Positions 1 through 9,808 of a stretch of DNA of 64,000 bases are shown here, piece by piece. The stretch spans positions 1,536,001 through 1,600,000 of the forward strand of contig CAVRVY010000004.1 in the NCBI GenBank assembly GCA_963724765.1, written 5' to 3'. A program made the position numbers and the translations under genes. The notes under the pieces are model-generated. The model was not told where the DNA came from. It worked only from the letters and a program-made list of their open reading frames with translations, and made no database searches. Position 1 is the first letter of the stretch. Every line of letters starts with the position of its first letter. The stretch comes from an uncultured delta proteobacterium. GTDB taxonomy: Bacteria > Desulfobacterota > Binatia > Binatales > Binataceae.

Positions 1-166
1 GCTCGCTCTCGGGGTCGAACCAGATCGTGTTCTTGAGCGCTTCGAGCTCGTCCTTGGTAAGCCAGTCCTTGGCGCGCTCCCACAGCCACGGTGGCTCCGT
101 GACATGAGCGTCGCAGTCGAAGATGGCGAAATTCTTTGTCATCGGTGGGAATTTCTGAACCGTCAT
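1..166 (-). CDS. amidohydrolase family protein, N-terminal part (runs off the window edge)
   Basis: Manual translation MTVQKFPPMTKNFAIFDCDAHVTEPPWLW...; D-x-D-x-H metal-binding motif; GGAGG RBS upstream. Confidence 0.75.
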   Translation of the reverse strand, partial: MTVQKFPPMTKNFAIFDCDAHVTEPPWLWERAKDWLTKDELEALKNTIWFDPESE

Positions 167-214
167 GACCCGCCTCCATTGGTTCACCGACTCACGCAGA
201 TCGGTTGGATAGCC

Positions 215-1213
215 CTAAATAGTCTCCAGCCAGACATCTGGCATAGTGACCGCCCGGTGCCGGGCGAAAATCGCATCGATCTCTTTCATGTCGGCATCGG
301 ATATCGACCATTGCAATGAGCCGACATTGTCGTCGACCTCCCTGGGATTCCGGCATCCGACCAGTGCAGTGCTGATTACAGGATTTGACAGGGTCCAGCG
401 CAGGGCAAGTTGCGGCAGGCTCTTGCCGTAGCGTGTCGCTACCGCTTTCAGTTCTTCAACCGCCCGCAAATTCTTAAGGAAATGCTCCGAACCAAACAGA
501 TGCTGAAACAGGTTCAGGTTCATCAATTGCCCGCGCTTTGCCCGCCAGTCACCCTTTTCGAAACCCTTCTCCTCGCTGAGCGTGCCGGTCAGCATTCCAT
601 AGGCCAGCGATCCGTAGGCCATCACCCCGATCTTGTTCTCGCGGCAGTAAGGGAAAATCTCGGTCTGCATCCGCCGGTCGAACATATTCCAGCAGTACTG
701 CACGACGTCGACGCGACGCGCGGCCATGCAACTTTTGATTTCGTCGAGCTTGAAGTTTGAGAGCCCGACCGCGCGGACTTTGCCCTGTTTCACGAGGTCG
801 TCGAGCGCGCGCATCGTCTCTTCGAAGGGCACCGTCCGATCGGGCCAGTGGATCAGGTAAACATCGACATAATCGGTATTTAGTGCCTTGAGGCTCCTCT
901 CTATCGACTCCATCACGCGCTGGCGCGAGCTGTCCCGATAGTTCCTCTTATCCGGATATCCGACTCCGAATTTTGTCGTGATCACAGCCTCTTTGCGCCG
1001 CGATCCGAGGGCTTTGGCCAGCGATTTTTCCGACGCACCCATACCATAGGCCTCGGCGGTATCGAAACTGTTGAATCCAACCTCGAGCGCCCGATTGATT
1101 GCTTTGACGAACTCGGTTTCTTCGATACTTCCGTAACCGCCGCCGATTTCCCAGCAGCCGAAACCTATCGCGGAGATTTTGATGCCGGTCTGACCGAATA
1201 GACGGTATTCCAC
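215..1213 (-). CDS. aldo/keto reductase
   Basis: GFGCW, FDTAEAYG, TKFG, DVYLIHWPD, GKVRAVGLSN motifs. Confidence 0.93.
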   Translation of the reverse strand: MEYRLFGQTGIKISAIGFGCWEIGGGYGSIEETEFVKAINRALEVGFNSFDTAEAYGMGASEKSLAKALGSRRKEAVITTKFGVGYPDKRNYRDSSRQRVMESIERSLKALNTDYVDVYLIHWPDRTVPFEETMRALDDLVKQGKVRAVGLSNFKLDEIKSCMAARRVDVVQYCWNMFDRRMQTEIFPYCRENKIGVMAYGSLAYGMLTGTLSEEKGFEKGDWRAKRGQLMNLNLFQHLFGSEHFLKNLRAVEELKAVATRYGKSLPQLALRWTLSNPVISTALVGCRNPREVDDNVGSLQWSISDADMKEIDAIFARHRAVTMPDVWLETI

Positions 1214-1489
1214 TTGTTCTGTCTCCTTTGTCGGCGCGCCGCCGAGCGCTCCTCTTTAAAGCCTTCGGACCGAAACTTCCGTTATGATTCAGGACTCAGG
1301 CTCGCATCGATAACGGTCGGCTTGCAAACGCAAAACGATGGAGCGGTATCGTGATTCCGGCCCTTCGAACGTTCAGGTTATCCAGCGTACTCGGTGCGGC
1401 GTGGTGGCAGGGTGCGCGACGCCCGTTCCGGCGCTCAAAAACTCTTACAGCAGCCCGACGCAGGAGACTGAGCTTACACCTGGCTTCGC

Positions 1490-2512
1490 CTACGACTTCG
1501 TCTTGAAATTGGGCAGAAGCTCTCGCGCGAAGGTCTCCATTGAGCGCCTGGCGAGCTTCGGGTCGATGCCAGGGAAATGCATGCCCAGTACGAGATGCGT
1601 CGTGCGTACCCTGCGCGTGAACTGCTCCAGTCCTTCCGCGACATCTTCGGAGTTTCCCACGATCGGGGTGAACAGCAACGGGTCGGTTGTGCGCCGTAGC
1701 TCCGACGCCGGCGGCGGATTGAACAGCGTGGGAGGGCCCTGGAGCTCACCGGCGTCGCTCAGCCACTTACCATAGACCGTGAGCATCCAGTGCACGTGCT
1801 CCTGGACCTCGTCCCAGGCTTGCTCTTTCGAGGGGGCAAGATGCACCCAGACGAGTTGCGCGACGCTGAAGTCGGACGGATTACGGCCGTGCCGTCGCAG
1901 AGCCTCATCGTAAGCGGACGTATCGCCGACGCCGAGGTAGTGGCAGCCGAGTCGTGCCGCGCGATCCACAGCCTTCGGATTGAGAGCGCCCACCCAGAGC
2001 GGCGGGTGCGGCTGCTGCACGGGCTTCGGCGTAAGTCGGATGTCCTGCAAATTGTAGTGCTTTCCCTGGAAGGAGAACGGATCCTGGGTCCAGATGCCGC
2101 GCATCACGTCGATGCCCTCTTCGAAGCGCGACGCACGCTCCTTGCTGGGAATCCCATAGCCGAGAAATTCATGCCTCGCGTATCCCTTGCCGATACCGAG
2201 ATCGAAGCGTCCCCGCGAAATGACGTCGACCGTGGCAGCGTCCTCTGCAACGCGAACGGCATTGTGCAGCGGCAGTAGGAGCAAAAATGTACCAATGCGG
2301 ACCCGGCTAGTCTTGGCGGCGACTGCGCCGGCGAGCGTCATCAGCGATGGCGAGTAGCCATCCTCGGCGAAGTGGTGCTCGGTCAGCCAAACCGTGTCGT
2401 AGCCGAGATCTTCGGCGAGCTTCGTTTGTTCAAGCTGTGATTCGTAGACGTCCGCCCAAGGCTTCTTCCATTTGGGCGGGTTGCGAAACGAGAACATGAG
2501 TCCGACGTTCAT
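1490..2512 (-). CDS. LLM-class flavin-dependent oxidoreductase
   Basis: AEDLGYDTVWLTEHHF, SRGRFDLGIGKGY, PKPVQQPHPPLWVG. Confidence 0.92.
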   Translation of the reverse strand: MNVGLMFSFRNPPKWKKPWADVYESQLEQTKLAEDLGYDTVWLTEHHFAEDGYSPSLMTLAGAVAAKTSRVRIGTFLLLLPLHNAVRVAEDAATVDVISRGRFDLGIGKGYARHEFLGYGIPSKERASRFEEGIDVMRGIWTQDPFSFQGKHYNLQDIRLTPKPVQQPHPPLWVGALNPKAVDRAARLGCHYLGVGDTSAYDEALRRHGRNPSDFSVAQLVWVHLAPSKEQAWDEVQEHVHWMLTVYGKWLSDAGELQGPPTLFNPPPASELRRTTDPLLFTPIVGNSEDVAEGLEQFTRRVRTTHLVLGMHFPGIDPKLARRSMETFARELLPNFKTKS

Positions 2513-2775
2513 ACGGCCCTCTCCTTGATTCGACTATGCTGTCATTTCCGATTGCGGCAACGGTTCCAGAGGCGCGAAGGGCAACGCTCTCACAAACTTC
2601 ACCTCGCCAGCAGCAAGATGCTAGGCGATCAACCCGCTCGCGCCCGATGAGCCTCCGAATGACTGGCGACCGCGTTAGAATGAGATCTATAACGCAAAAA
2701 AGTCTGAACTTCCCAGCAAAAGGTGCAGTGGCCGGCTATGATCGAAGAAAATTCCATGACTAGTGCCGTCTCTTG

Positions 2776-3555
2776 TCACGCGTTCCGGATCGTCAATCCT
2801 CCATCCACAGGTATCACCGCACCAGTCAGATATGAGGCCGCGGGCAGGCACAAACTGAAAGTGATATGTGCAACTTCCTCCGGATAGCCGTAGCGTTTCA
2901 CCGCCGTGCGTCGCTTGGCAAAAATCGTCTTATGTTCCTCCGGTATGGCGTCTGTCAGATTCGTCCGTATTGGGCCTGGGCAAACGCAGTTGACGGTGAT
3001 GCCCTCCGGACCGAGATCAACAGCGAGCGCATGCGTCAGACCGATCACCCCGGTCTTCGCAACCACATACGGACTATCACCCGGCGTCGCGCCGAGTCCT
3101 TCGGTGGAGGCGATGTTAACGATTCGTGCCGCATCCGATTTGCGCAGGTGCGGTAGCGCTGCACGAACGAGCCGCTGCTGCGCGGTGAGCATCCCGTTGA
3201 TCGCACGATCCCAGACCTCGTCGTAACCGGTCGCATCAATCGGATGAAAGGCGCCGAATCCCGCGTTGTTGATGAGGATATCAAGGCGGCCGAAATGCCG
3301 CGCCGCTTCGTTCACCACTCGCTTTATATCGTCATGGTCGAGAACATCCAGACGCCAGGCATGCGCGTTCCCGCCCTCGGACTTGATTTCATCGAGCACG
3401 CGCGCGACTCCGCCTTCATTTATATCGGTAATCGCAACGAGCGCGCCTTCCGCGGCGAACACATGCGCGGTTGCGCGGCCCATCCCGCTTGCTGCTCCGG
3501 TGATTAGTACCGCCCTTCCCTTCACTGAACGATCGAGTCTCTTAATTGGATCCAT
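2776..3555 (-). CDS. SDR family oxidoreductase
   Basis: TGAASGMG, NNAG, YVVAK catalytic motif, VDGG C-terminus. Confidence 0.93.
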   Translation of the reverse strand: MDPIKRLDRSVKGRAVLITGAASGMGRATAHVFAAEGALVAITDINEGGVARVLDEIKSEGGNAHAWRLDVLDHDDIKRVVNEAARHFGRLDILINNAGFGAFHPIDATGYDEVWDRAINGMLTAQQRLVRAALPHLRKSDAARIVNIASTEGLGATPGDSPYVVAKTGVIGLTHALAVDLGPEGITVNCVCPGPIRTNLTDAIPEEHKTIFAKRRTAVKRYGYPEEVAHITFSLCLPAASYLTGAVIPVDGGLTIRNA

Positions 3556-3963
3556 TTGCTTCTCCTTGTTGGTTGCCCTAAACCGAAGTTCGGAGGTCCG
3601 CCAACAGCTTTACTCCTTGAGCGCATGCAACTGAGAATAGTCGACGCGGTTAAGCGATCGACTGTCCATGGGCCATTCTACTTAATACCCCGGCAATTCG
3701 TGGTGGCGCGGAGCGGTCTTTTGGAGCTGACGGTAAGACCGTTAACCGGCTAGGAACATCGTTTAGGCCTAAGCGCGCAGGCGGCGACATGGCCAGGAAT
3801 TCGCCGAGCGAGATCAGGTGCGCGCACGGATCGTCGGAGGTGAAGCCGGACCGCTTTAAGAATCGACAACCGAAACGACCAAAGCCTTCTCGACCCCGAC
3901 GCGTCGACCATCCCGCGCCCTAATTGAGCTATTCGATGAAGCCCGGTCTGCCCACATTCCTAT

Positions 3964-4428
3964 CTAGAAAATAAATTTCTTTTCCGCCCAGCCCTTGTCA
4001 AAGGGAGTGATAAAATAGGGGGTGAAGCGCAGCAGCTTGTACTTCCACTCGCCGCCTACTTTGACGTATTCCTCGAAGTAACGGCCTGAGCACCAGGTCG
4101 CCAGGTTGTTTTCAAGCATGGTTAGTGGACACAGCAGATACCAATGACCAATCGCCGTGTCGCCACTGACCTCGATCAGCGGATTCATAAACAGATGCAT
4201 CGCAAAACCGATCTTGTTGCGGCCGAGGTCGTGGAAGAAGGTATGGATCGCTTGGCGTCCTTCATGCCGCCCGAATTGCCCGCCGTCCCATACGCCATCT
4301 TCGATGAATAGCGAAGAGATTCCGTCGGGATTATAGCTATCGTCGCAATAGTACCCATAGCGGGCCTTCAACATCTTGATTGCTTCGATGTCCTCGAGCT
4401 GCAATTTGGCGCTGCGCTTGGTGCTCAT
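3964..4428 (-). CDS. SnoaL/NTF2-like protein (LinA/BaiE-like)
   Basis: LEDIEAIKMLKARYGYYCD, H in FAMHLFMNP, GRYFEEYVKVGGEWK. Confidence 0.85.
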   Translation of the reverse strand: MSTKRSAKLQLEDIEAIKMLKARYGYYCDDSYNPDGISSLFIEDGVWDGGQFGRHEGRQAIHTFFHDLGRNKIGFAMHLFMNPLIEVSGDTAIGHWYLLCPLTMLENNLATWCSGRYFEEYVKVGGEWKYKLLRFTPYFITPFDKGWAEKKFIF

Positions 4429-4489
4429 TGACCCCTCTCCCCTCCGACTGAGAATCTTTCCCGGCTTGAACCGTTGCCGGAAACCGAAA

Positions 4490-5347
4490 CTAGGATTTGG
4501 CCTGAATGTCCGCGAGGACCGGCATCAGATATTTCTTGAATTGAACCGGATCCTCAGCCATCGGAAAGTGTCCCATCCCTTCCATCAACGTATAGGTCGC
4601 TCCGGGCACCGCATCCGCCAGGGCCTTCGCCGCCGCCGGGTATGCCGACCAATCGTACTCCCCGCTGAGCACGTAGAGCGCGCATTTGCGCGTGTCGATG
4701 TTCTTCGCGGTCTGCCGCAAATCATGCTCGAAGGCGTAGTAGTATAGGTCGCCTTTGAAAACCGGCGGCGCGCCTTGGCTGTATTCCCAGACCGTCTCGC
4801 GGATGTATTCTTCCGGCGCGTTCGGCGAGCACAGGCTCAGCATGAGAGCCGGCTTCGATTCGTTCGATAAGCGGGGATGGTGGAACCACTGGTTCACCAA
4901 TCGATCGGTATTGCCGCTCCACATCGATGCCTCCAACCCGATACAGGCGCGGAATTCGTTCGGATAGTTGAGCGCCAGGTCGGGCGCGAGATGACCGCCC
5001 ATCGAGCAGCCCATGTATACGGGCCGATTGAGTTCAAGCTCATGACAAAGCTTCACCCAGTAACGCATGAACCAATCCTTGGTGAGCTTGTATTCCTGTT
5101 CCCAGTACCTGACGGAAATCGGTGGAAGCGACTTGCCGTGATAGGGCAGGTCGGCGGCAACTACATGAAAGCGCGACGTGATGTCGCGATCTTCAAGGAT
5201 ATGCCGATATTGGCGTCCATCCGATCCCGCCGTGTGCTGGCATACCAGCGGAATTCCCTTGCCCGCCTCTTCGATATAGACGCGGTACTCGACGCCGTCC
5301 ACTTCAAGGTAAACATAACGGCCAATAATGTCTGAAAACTTTGCCAT
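4490..5347 (-). CDS. alpha/beta hydrolase
   Basis: DLPYHGKS, GCSMGG nucleophile elbow, GEYDW, GHFP. Confidence 0.88.
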   Translation of the reverse strand: MAKFSDIIGRYVYLEVDGVEYRVYIEEAGKGIPLVCQHTAGSDGRQYRHILEDRDITSRFHVVAADLPYHGKSLPPISVRYWEQEYKLTKDWFMRYWVKLCHELELNRPVYMGCSMGGHLAPDLALNYPNEFRACIGLEASMWSGNTDRLVNQWFHHPRLSNESKPALMLSLCSPNAPEEYIRETVWEYSQGAPPVFKGDLYYYAFEHDLRQTAKNIDTRKCALYVLSGEYDWSAYPAAAKALADAVPGATYTLMEGMGHFPMAEDPVQFKKYLMPVLADIQAKS

Positions 5348-5361
5348 TGTCCTGGTGCCCC

Positions 5362-5772
5362 CTATGCGGCACGCGATTCGATCACCGCCTGGCGCATGAT
5401 CGCGTTGATCCGGCGGATTGCGTAGTAGTGTGCGTATGCCGATTCGAGATCGCCGCCGAACGTGAATCCATGATGGAACGAAGCCGCGAACCAGTCGTGA
5501 TAGAAGGGTTTCGGCCGCCGCTCCATCATCTTCTTCCAGACTTCCTCGGGACCACCGATGTTGATGGTGTATGGGTCGAAGCCCTGGGTGCCATACTGAA
5601 AACGATCGACCTTGCCGTTCTCGATCCGCATGAAATACGGGTCCTCGCCGATGAAAAAACGGATGTCGCAGTACCAGAAGCGCGCCGTCAATAGAAATTC
5701 CGGGTCCCGATTCAGACGATCCCGAATGGTGTCGACCGGCAGGACAAGACCCACCCTGGTTTCAGTATTCAC
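5362..5772 (-). CDS. hypothetical protein (possibly SCP2-like fold), likely co-transcribed with the hydrolase
   Basis: GTG start at 5772 with GGAGGG RBS; ends 14 bp before the hydrolase start. Confidence 0.6.
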   Translation of the reverse strand: MNTETRVGLVLPVDTIRDRLNRDPEFLLTARFWYCDIRFFIGEDPYFMRIENGKVDRFQYGTQGFDPYTINIGGPEEVWKKMMERRPKPFYHDWFAASFHHGFTFGGDLESAYAHYYAIRRINAIMRQAVIESRAA

Positions 5773-6301
5773 GGTCTTCCCTCCGTTGTAATTTGCCGAA
5801 TCGCGATGCGGGCATCGCAAAGTCCGCTGTCGCGCCTGAGCATGGTTGCGCTTTTGCAAGTTTTTGTCCACGCGATTGATGGGCCGGCTGGCCAGTTCCG
5901 CTTGCTAGCCTGGCTCTCTCGACTGCTGCCCGGCTCAGGTGCCGGTGCCACTCAGACTCACGACCTGTTGTCCATTGGACGCGTTGCCAGTGATGGTCAG
6001 AGAGCCGCTAACGGAGCTGCGGCTCTTTCACCTGTCCTAATTCTCGTTCAGATGAGATATTTGGTAGGGACAGCTATTACGGCGGCGAGTAGTGCAAACT
6101 TTGCAATCCGGTTGATTCGATACAGCTCCCTTTTCCCGGCGACCAAATCCAGAAAGCTGCGCCCCGCAGCCCGCTCGAATCCTCGCTTATTCATGGCGAG
6201 GCAAGCCTTTGCAATGTCTTCTCAAAATTCTTCTTGACATCGCGCGCAAAAAGCGAGTTGACTGGAAAGACAACCGATACTTCCCTGATGAGATCCTGGC
6301 G

Positions 6302-6640
6302 GTGCACGAACTCGCAATCACTGAGAGTGTCATTGAGGCGATAACTGACCGTGTCCGTGATACCAAGGTGACTCGGGTACTGCTCGAAATCGGCAAACTT
6401 TCTGGCGTGGTTCCCGATGCAGTCCGCTTCTGCTTCGATATCGCGGCCCACGGAACGCCACTTGTCGGCGCCGTGCTCGACATCATTGAGACGCCGGGAC
6501 GGGCTCGATGCCGCGAATGCGGCGCGCGAATCGAAGTCGACGGTCCCATCGCGTTGTGCCACTGCGGCAGTGCCAACCTCGAATTTAGTGGCGGCACCGA
6601 GCTGCGAATCAAAGAAGTTGAGGTAGCCTCCCATGTGTGA
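6302..6640 (+). CDS. hypA: hydrogenase maturation nickel metallochaperone HypA
   Basis: (M)HELAI N-terminus from GTG 6302; CRECG...CHCGS Zn motifs; GTELRIKEVEV. Confidence 0.93.
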   Translation: MHELAITESVIEAITDRVRDTKVTRVLLEIGKLSGVVPDAVRFCFDIAAHGTPLVGAVLDIIETPGRARCRECGARIEVDGPIALCHCGSANLEFSGGTELRIKEVEVASHV

Positions 6641-7586
6641 CACCTGCGGCTGCTCCGATGCTTCGTCTGTGCAAATCACCGATCCTGCCGAGAGACCGTC
6701 CGCGCACGGCCATCCCCATGAACACTCTCCTGGGCCCGACCACCCGCATGCCCATACCGACGTCTCTCACGACCACCGCCAGGAGCATGCACACGAACAT
6801 GATCATGGGCATGCACATGATCTCTATCCTCGAGAGCACGCCGGTGACGCACGCGCTGGCGGCGCGATGAACGATCACAAAGCGAGCCGCATTATTCGTT
6901 TCGAACAGAATGTCTTAGCGAAGAATGATCTCATGGCGGAGCGAAATCGCGGATGGTTCGAAGGCCGCGGAATCCTCGCGCTCAACCTGATGAGCTCGCC
7001 AGGAGCGGGCAAGACCACGCTGCTGGAGCGCACGCTCGCCGATCTCGCGAAAGAAGTGCGGCTTTCAGTGATCGAGGGCGACCAGGAAACCGTGCGCGAT
7101 GCCGAGCGGATTCGCAAGGCGGGCGCCCGGGCGATCCAGATCAACACCGGCAGCGGGTGCCATCTCGACGCCCAAATGGTCTCCGCGGCGCTTCGTAAGC
7201 TGGCTCCGCCCGCGCACTCGCTGGTGATCATCGAGAACGTTGGCAATCTCGTTTGTCCCGCGTTGTTCGACCTGGGGGAAGCGGAAAAGGTCGTAATAAT
7301 GTCGGTGACCGAGGGCGAGGACAAGCCGCTCAAGTACCCGCATATGTTCCGCGCCGCAGGCGTGATGCTGATCAACAAGATCGATCTGATTCCGCATCTG
7401 GAATTCGACATCGAGCGATGCTCTCAATTTGCGCGCGAGGTTAATCCCAAGCTCGAGATAATGCGCGTCTCTGCTCGCACAGGGGACGGGCTTGATCCAT
7501 GGTACCAGTGGTTACGCGCCCGAAGCGTTAGGGGTGGAATCGGCCCCCGATTAAATCGCAGCCTCATCCTCCGGAGTCTCACATGA
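6633..7586 (+). CDS. hypB: hydrogenase nickel incorporation GTPase HypB with His-rich linker
   Basis: MCDTCGC, His-rich tract, SSPGAGKTT, CHLDA, ENVGNLVCP, NKIDL. Confidence 0.96.
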   Translation: MCDTCGCSDASSVQITDPAERPSAHGHPHEHSPGPDHPHAHTDVSHDHRQEHAHEHDHGHAHDLYPREHAGDARAGGAMNDHKASRIIRFEQNVLAKNDLMAERNRGWFEGRGILALNLMSSPGAGKTTLLERTLADLAKEVRLSVIEGDQETVRDAERIRKAGARAIQINTGSGCHLDAQMVSAALRKLAPPAHSLVIIENVGNLVCPALFDLGEAEKVVIMSVTEGEDKPLKYPHMFRAAGVMLINKIDLIPHLEFDIERCSQFAREVNPKLEIMRVSARTGDGLDPWYQWLRARSVRGGIGPRLNRSLILRSLT

Positions 7587-8557
7587 ATACCGAGGCTTGG
7601 ACCGCACGTTACACTTTCAACAACATCCTGGGTGTCAGCAGGCAACTGCGCCAAACCATCGAGCTTGCGCACCACGCCGCGCGGGCCGACTACCCGGTGG
7701 TGCTGGTAGGCGAGTCAGGGACCGGTAAGGAATTGATCGCCCACGCGATCCACAACGCGAGCGCGCGCCGCCGCGGTCCATTCGTCGCCGTGAATTGCGG
7801 AATGCTATGCGGAGAAATAGCGATTCCGGAGCTGTGCGGATATGAACCGGGATCGTTCACCGGCGCCGACCGACACGCCCATCAAGGGTTTTTCGACGCT
7901 GCGCGGGAAGGCACGCTGTTCCTCGACGAATTTCAAGATCTGCCACCTACCCCTCAAAGCGTGTTGCTGCGGTTTTTGGAAACCGGCCGTTTTGTTCGCG
8001 TTGGAGGCACCCAACAAGTCCATTGCGGGGTACGGGTGGTGGTCGCGACCAACATTCCAATCGAGGAATTGAGCGACGGCCGGATCCGCTCCGATTTGAT
8101 CTACCGCCTCAATTGCCTCTCGATCGAAATTGCGGCGCTGCGCGACCGTCGCCAGGACATCCGGCCAATAGCGGAAAAATGCCTGCGCGAGGAATTGCAT
8201 TACCTGGGCGAAGTGGACGACGGGGTGTGGCAGGCGCTCGAGTCCTGTCCCTATCCTTGGCCGGGTAATGCGCGCGAGCTGCGCAACGTCCTGCTCAGGA
8301 CTATTCTGGTTTCATCGCGCGATCGACTGATGCCTGCCGATCTTCCGTCCGAGTTGTGGCATCGCACTCAGCTCGCGAGGGGAATCAAGCGCAGCGAAAA
8401 TGATTCAGGCAGCAATCCCAGCGATGGGGCGATCGTCGCGCTGAAGGCGGTTTTCGACGCCAGCCAGCACAACGTATCCGAAACGGCGCGCCGCCTTGGA
8501 ATCCACCGCTCCACGGTCTATCGCCGGCTGCGCAGTGAGATAAGGTCCAAGCAATAG
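7583..8557 (+). CDS. sigma-54-dependent Fis-family enhancer-binding protein lacking an N-terminal sensory domain
   Basis: GESGTGKE Walker A, GSFTGA (GAFTGA variant), LFLDE, WPGNAREL, C-terminal NVSETARRLGIHRSTVYRRL HTH. Confidence 0.9.
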   Translation: MNTEAWTARYTFNNILGVSRQLRQTIELAHHAARADYPVVLVGESGTGKELIAHAIHNASARRRGPFVAVNCGMLCGEIAIPELCGYEPGSFTGADRHAHQGFFDAAREGTLFLDEFQDLPPTPQSVLLRFLETGRFVRVGGTQQVHCGVRVVVATNIPIEELSDGRIRSDLIYRLNCLSIEIAALRDRRQDIRPIAEKCLREELHYLGEVDDGVWQALESCPYPWPGNARELRNVLLRTILVSSRDRLMPADLPSELWHRTQLARGIKRSENDSGSNPSDGAIVALKAVFDASQHNVSETARRLGIHRSTVYRRLRSEIRSKQ

Positions 8558-8568
8558 AAATTTCCATT

Positions 8569-9303
8569 TCATTTGCAGTTGCGTGAGGGCTCGGCCACCG
8601 CGCCGATCGCAATCACCGAGCCGATCACCTTCCCCTCCTCATTGCGAATCGTGGTGCTGCTTTCCTCGATTGGGACCTCTTTTCCAGCGCGATGGTGCAA
8701 CACACCCTGCGCTCGGCCGCCGCGGATCAATTCCGGAGCTGAGATCGACACCGACACGACTTCCGAAAGGGCACGGCCAATTGCCTCGTCCGCAATCCAT
8801 CCGGTGAGCTCTTCGGCGGCAGGATTGATAAACCGCACTCGCCACGCGGCGTCAGTCGCGACCACACCGTGTCCAATACTGCGCAGAATCGCCCTTAGCC
8901 ATTGCTCACTCTCGCGAAGATTTCGTTCGGTTCGATGGCGGTCAAGCGCGGTCTCGAGGACCAAGTCCAGCTCCAAGTCGTCGAACGGCTCCAGTAGATA
9001 TCCATAGAAATTCGAGCCCTTAACGGGCCGTACAAGCGCTAGATCAGCGGGTGTCCCTAGGAAAACTGCCGGCACATCCAACCGTCCGCCGATCTCCTCG
9101 ATATTCCCGGTCGCATCGTGAGGCTTCAGCGGGTCTACCCTGACGATTGCGAGGTTCGGACGCAGACTATCAAGCGTCTCAGGTGCCTCGTCACAACCGC
9201 TACACGCAACCAGATATCCTCGCTTGATCAATCTGGTCTTCATGGCCTCGGCGGACGGGCCGGGCGCCTCTGATAAGAGAATTCGGGCAGGACGCGACCG
9301 CAT
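8569..9303 (-). CDS. degenerate receiver domain + PAS domain protein, no output domain
   Basis: REC-like N-terminus (RILLSEA...PNLAIVRV...YGYLLEPF), LRESEQWL linker, PAS (INPAAEELTGW). Confidence 0.8.
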   Translation of the reverse strand: MRSRPARILLSEAPGPSAEAMKTRLIKRGYLVACSGCDEAPETLDSLRPNLAIVRVDPLKPHDATGNIEEIGGRLDVPAVFLGTPADLALVRPVKGSNFYGYLLEPFDDLELDLVLETALDRHRTERNLRESEQWLRAILRSIGHGVVATDAAWRVRFINPAAEELTGWIADEAIGRALSEVVSVSISAPELIRGGRAQGVLHHRAGKEVPIEESSTTIRNEEGKVIGSVIAIGAVAEPSRNCK

Positions 9304-9479
9304 ACATGCTCTTTAGCGCTGCGCCAGGTGGCGCTCTGTTGGGGAAGCGGGAACTGTCCGCGGATTTGGAGCATTAAGTGTTCCAGCCACAAATCTCACT
9401 TCGAATTCGAGTTTTTCGAAAACTCCGCCGTGTCCTGAAATATTGTTCAACATTACGGCTGAGATCGAAGTGCTGTTGC

Positions 9480-9607
9480 TGCGACACCCTGCGACACTCC
9501 GCACGAACATGATCATAGTCATCGAGTGTTCCTACCTGGTGTTTAGGCCATCAAATATAGCCCCATCTGTCCAAATTTATACGCGCTCGCTGTCGCATAG
9601 TGTCGCA
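9480..9607. promoter_or_regulatory. candidate upstream activator sequences for the sigma-54 activator
   Basis: TGCGACA at 9480 and 9490; its reverse complement TGTCGCA at 9591 and 9601; 10-bp period within each pair; ~130-255 bp upstream of the -24/-12 element. Confidence 0.6.
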
Positions 9608-9735
9608 TCACAGCGCGCGCATCGCGGGACGCTACTACTTGCAAAAGTTCGAATTCAGCGCAGACATTGGCTTCGCGACTCCTCGTTTGCGCAACGGATC
9701 ATGCCTCGTACGCTCGGCTGAACATGGCTCGGCAA

Positions 9736-9751
9736 TGGCATCGCTATTGCT
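9736..9751 (+). promoter_or_regulatory. sigma-54 -24/-12 promoter of the hydrogenase operon
   Basis: TGGCA-TCGCTA-TTGCT with exact GG-N10-GC spacing, 57 bp before the small-subunit ATG. Confidence 0.8.
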
Positions 9752-9808
9752 GCCCGTTAGAAGCTGACCTTCGACCGCAAACTTTCTCCACTTCGCATGT
9801 GAGATGTC

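Noticed and set aside
6700-6830. Low-complexity repeat-like tract
   Set aside because: Simply the His-rich linker of HypB.
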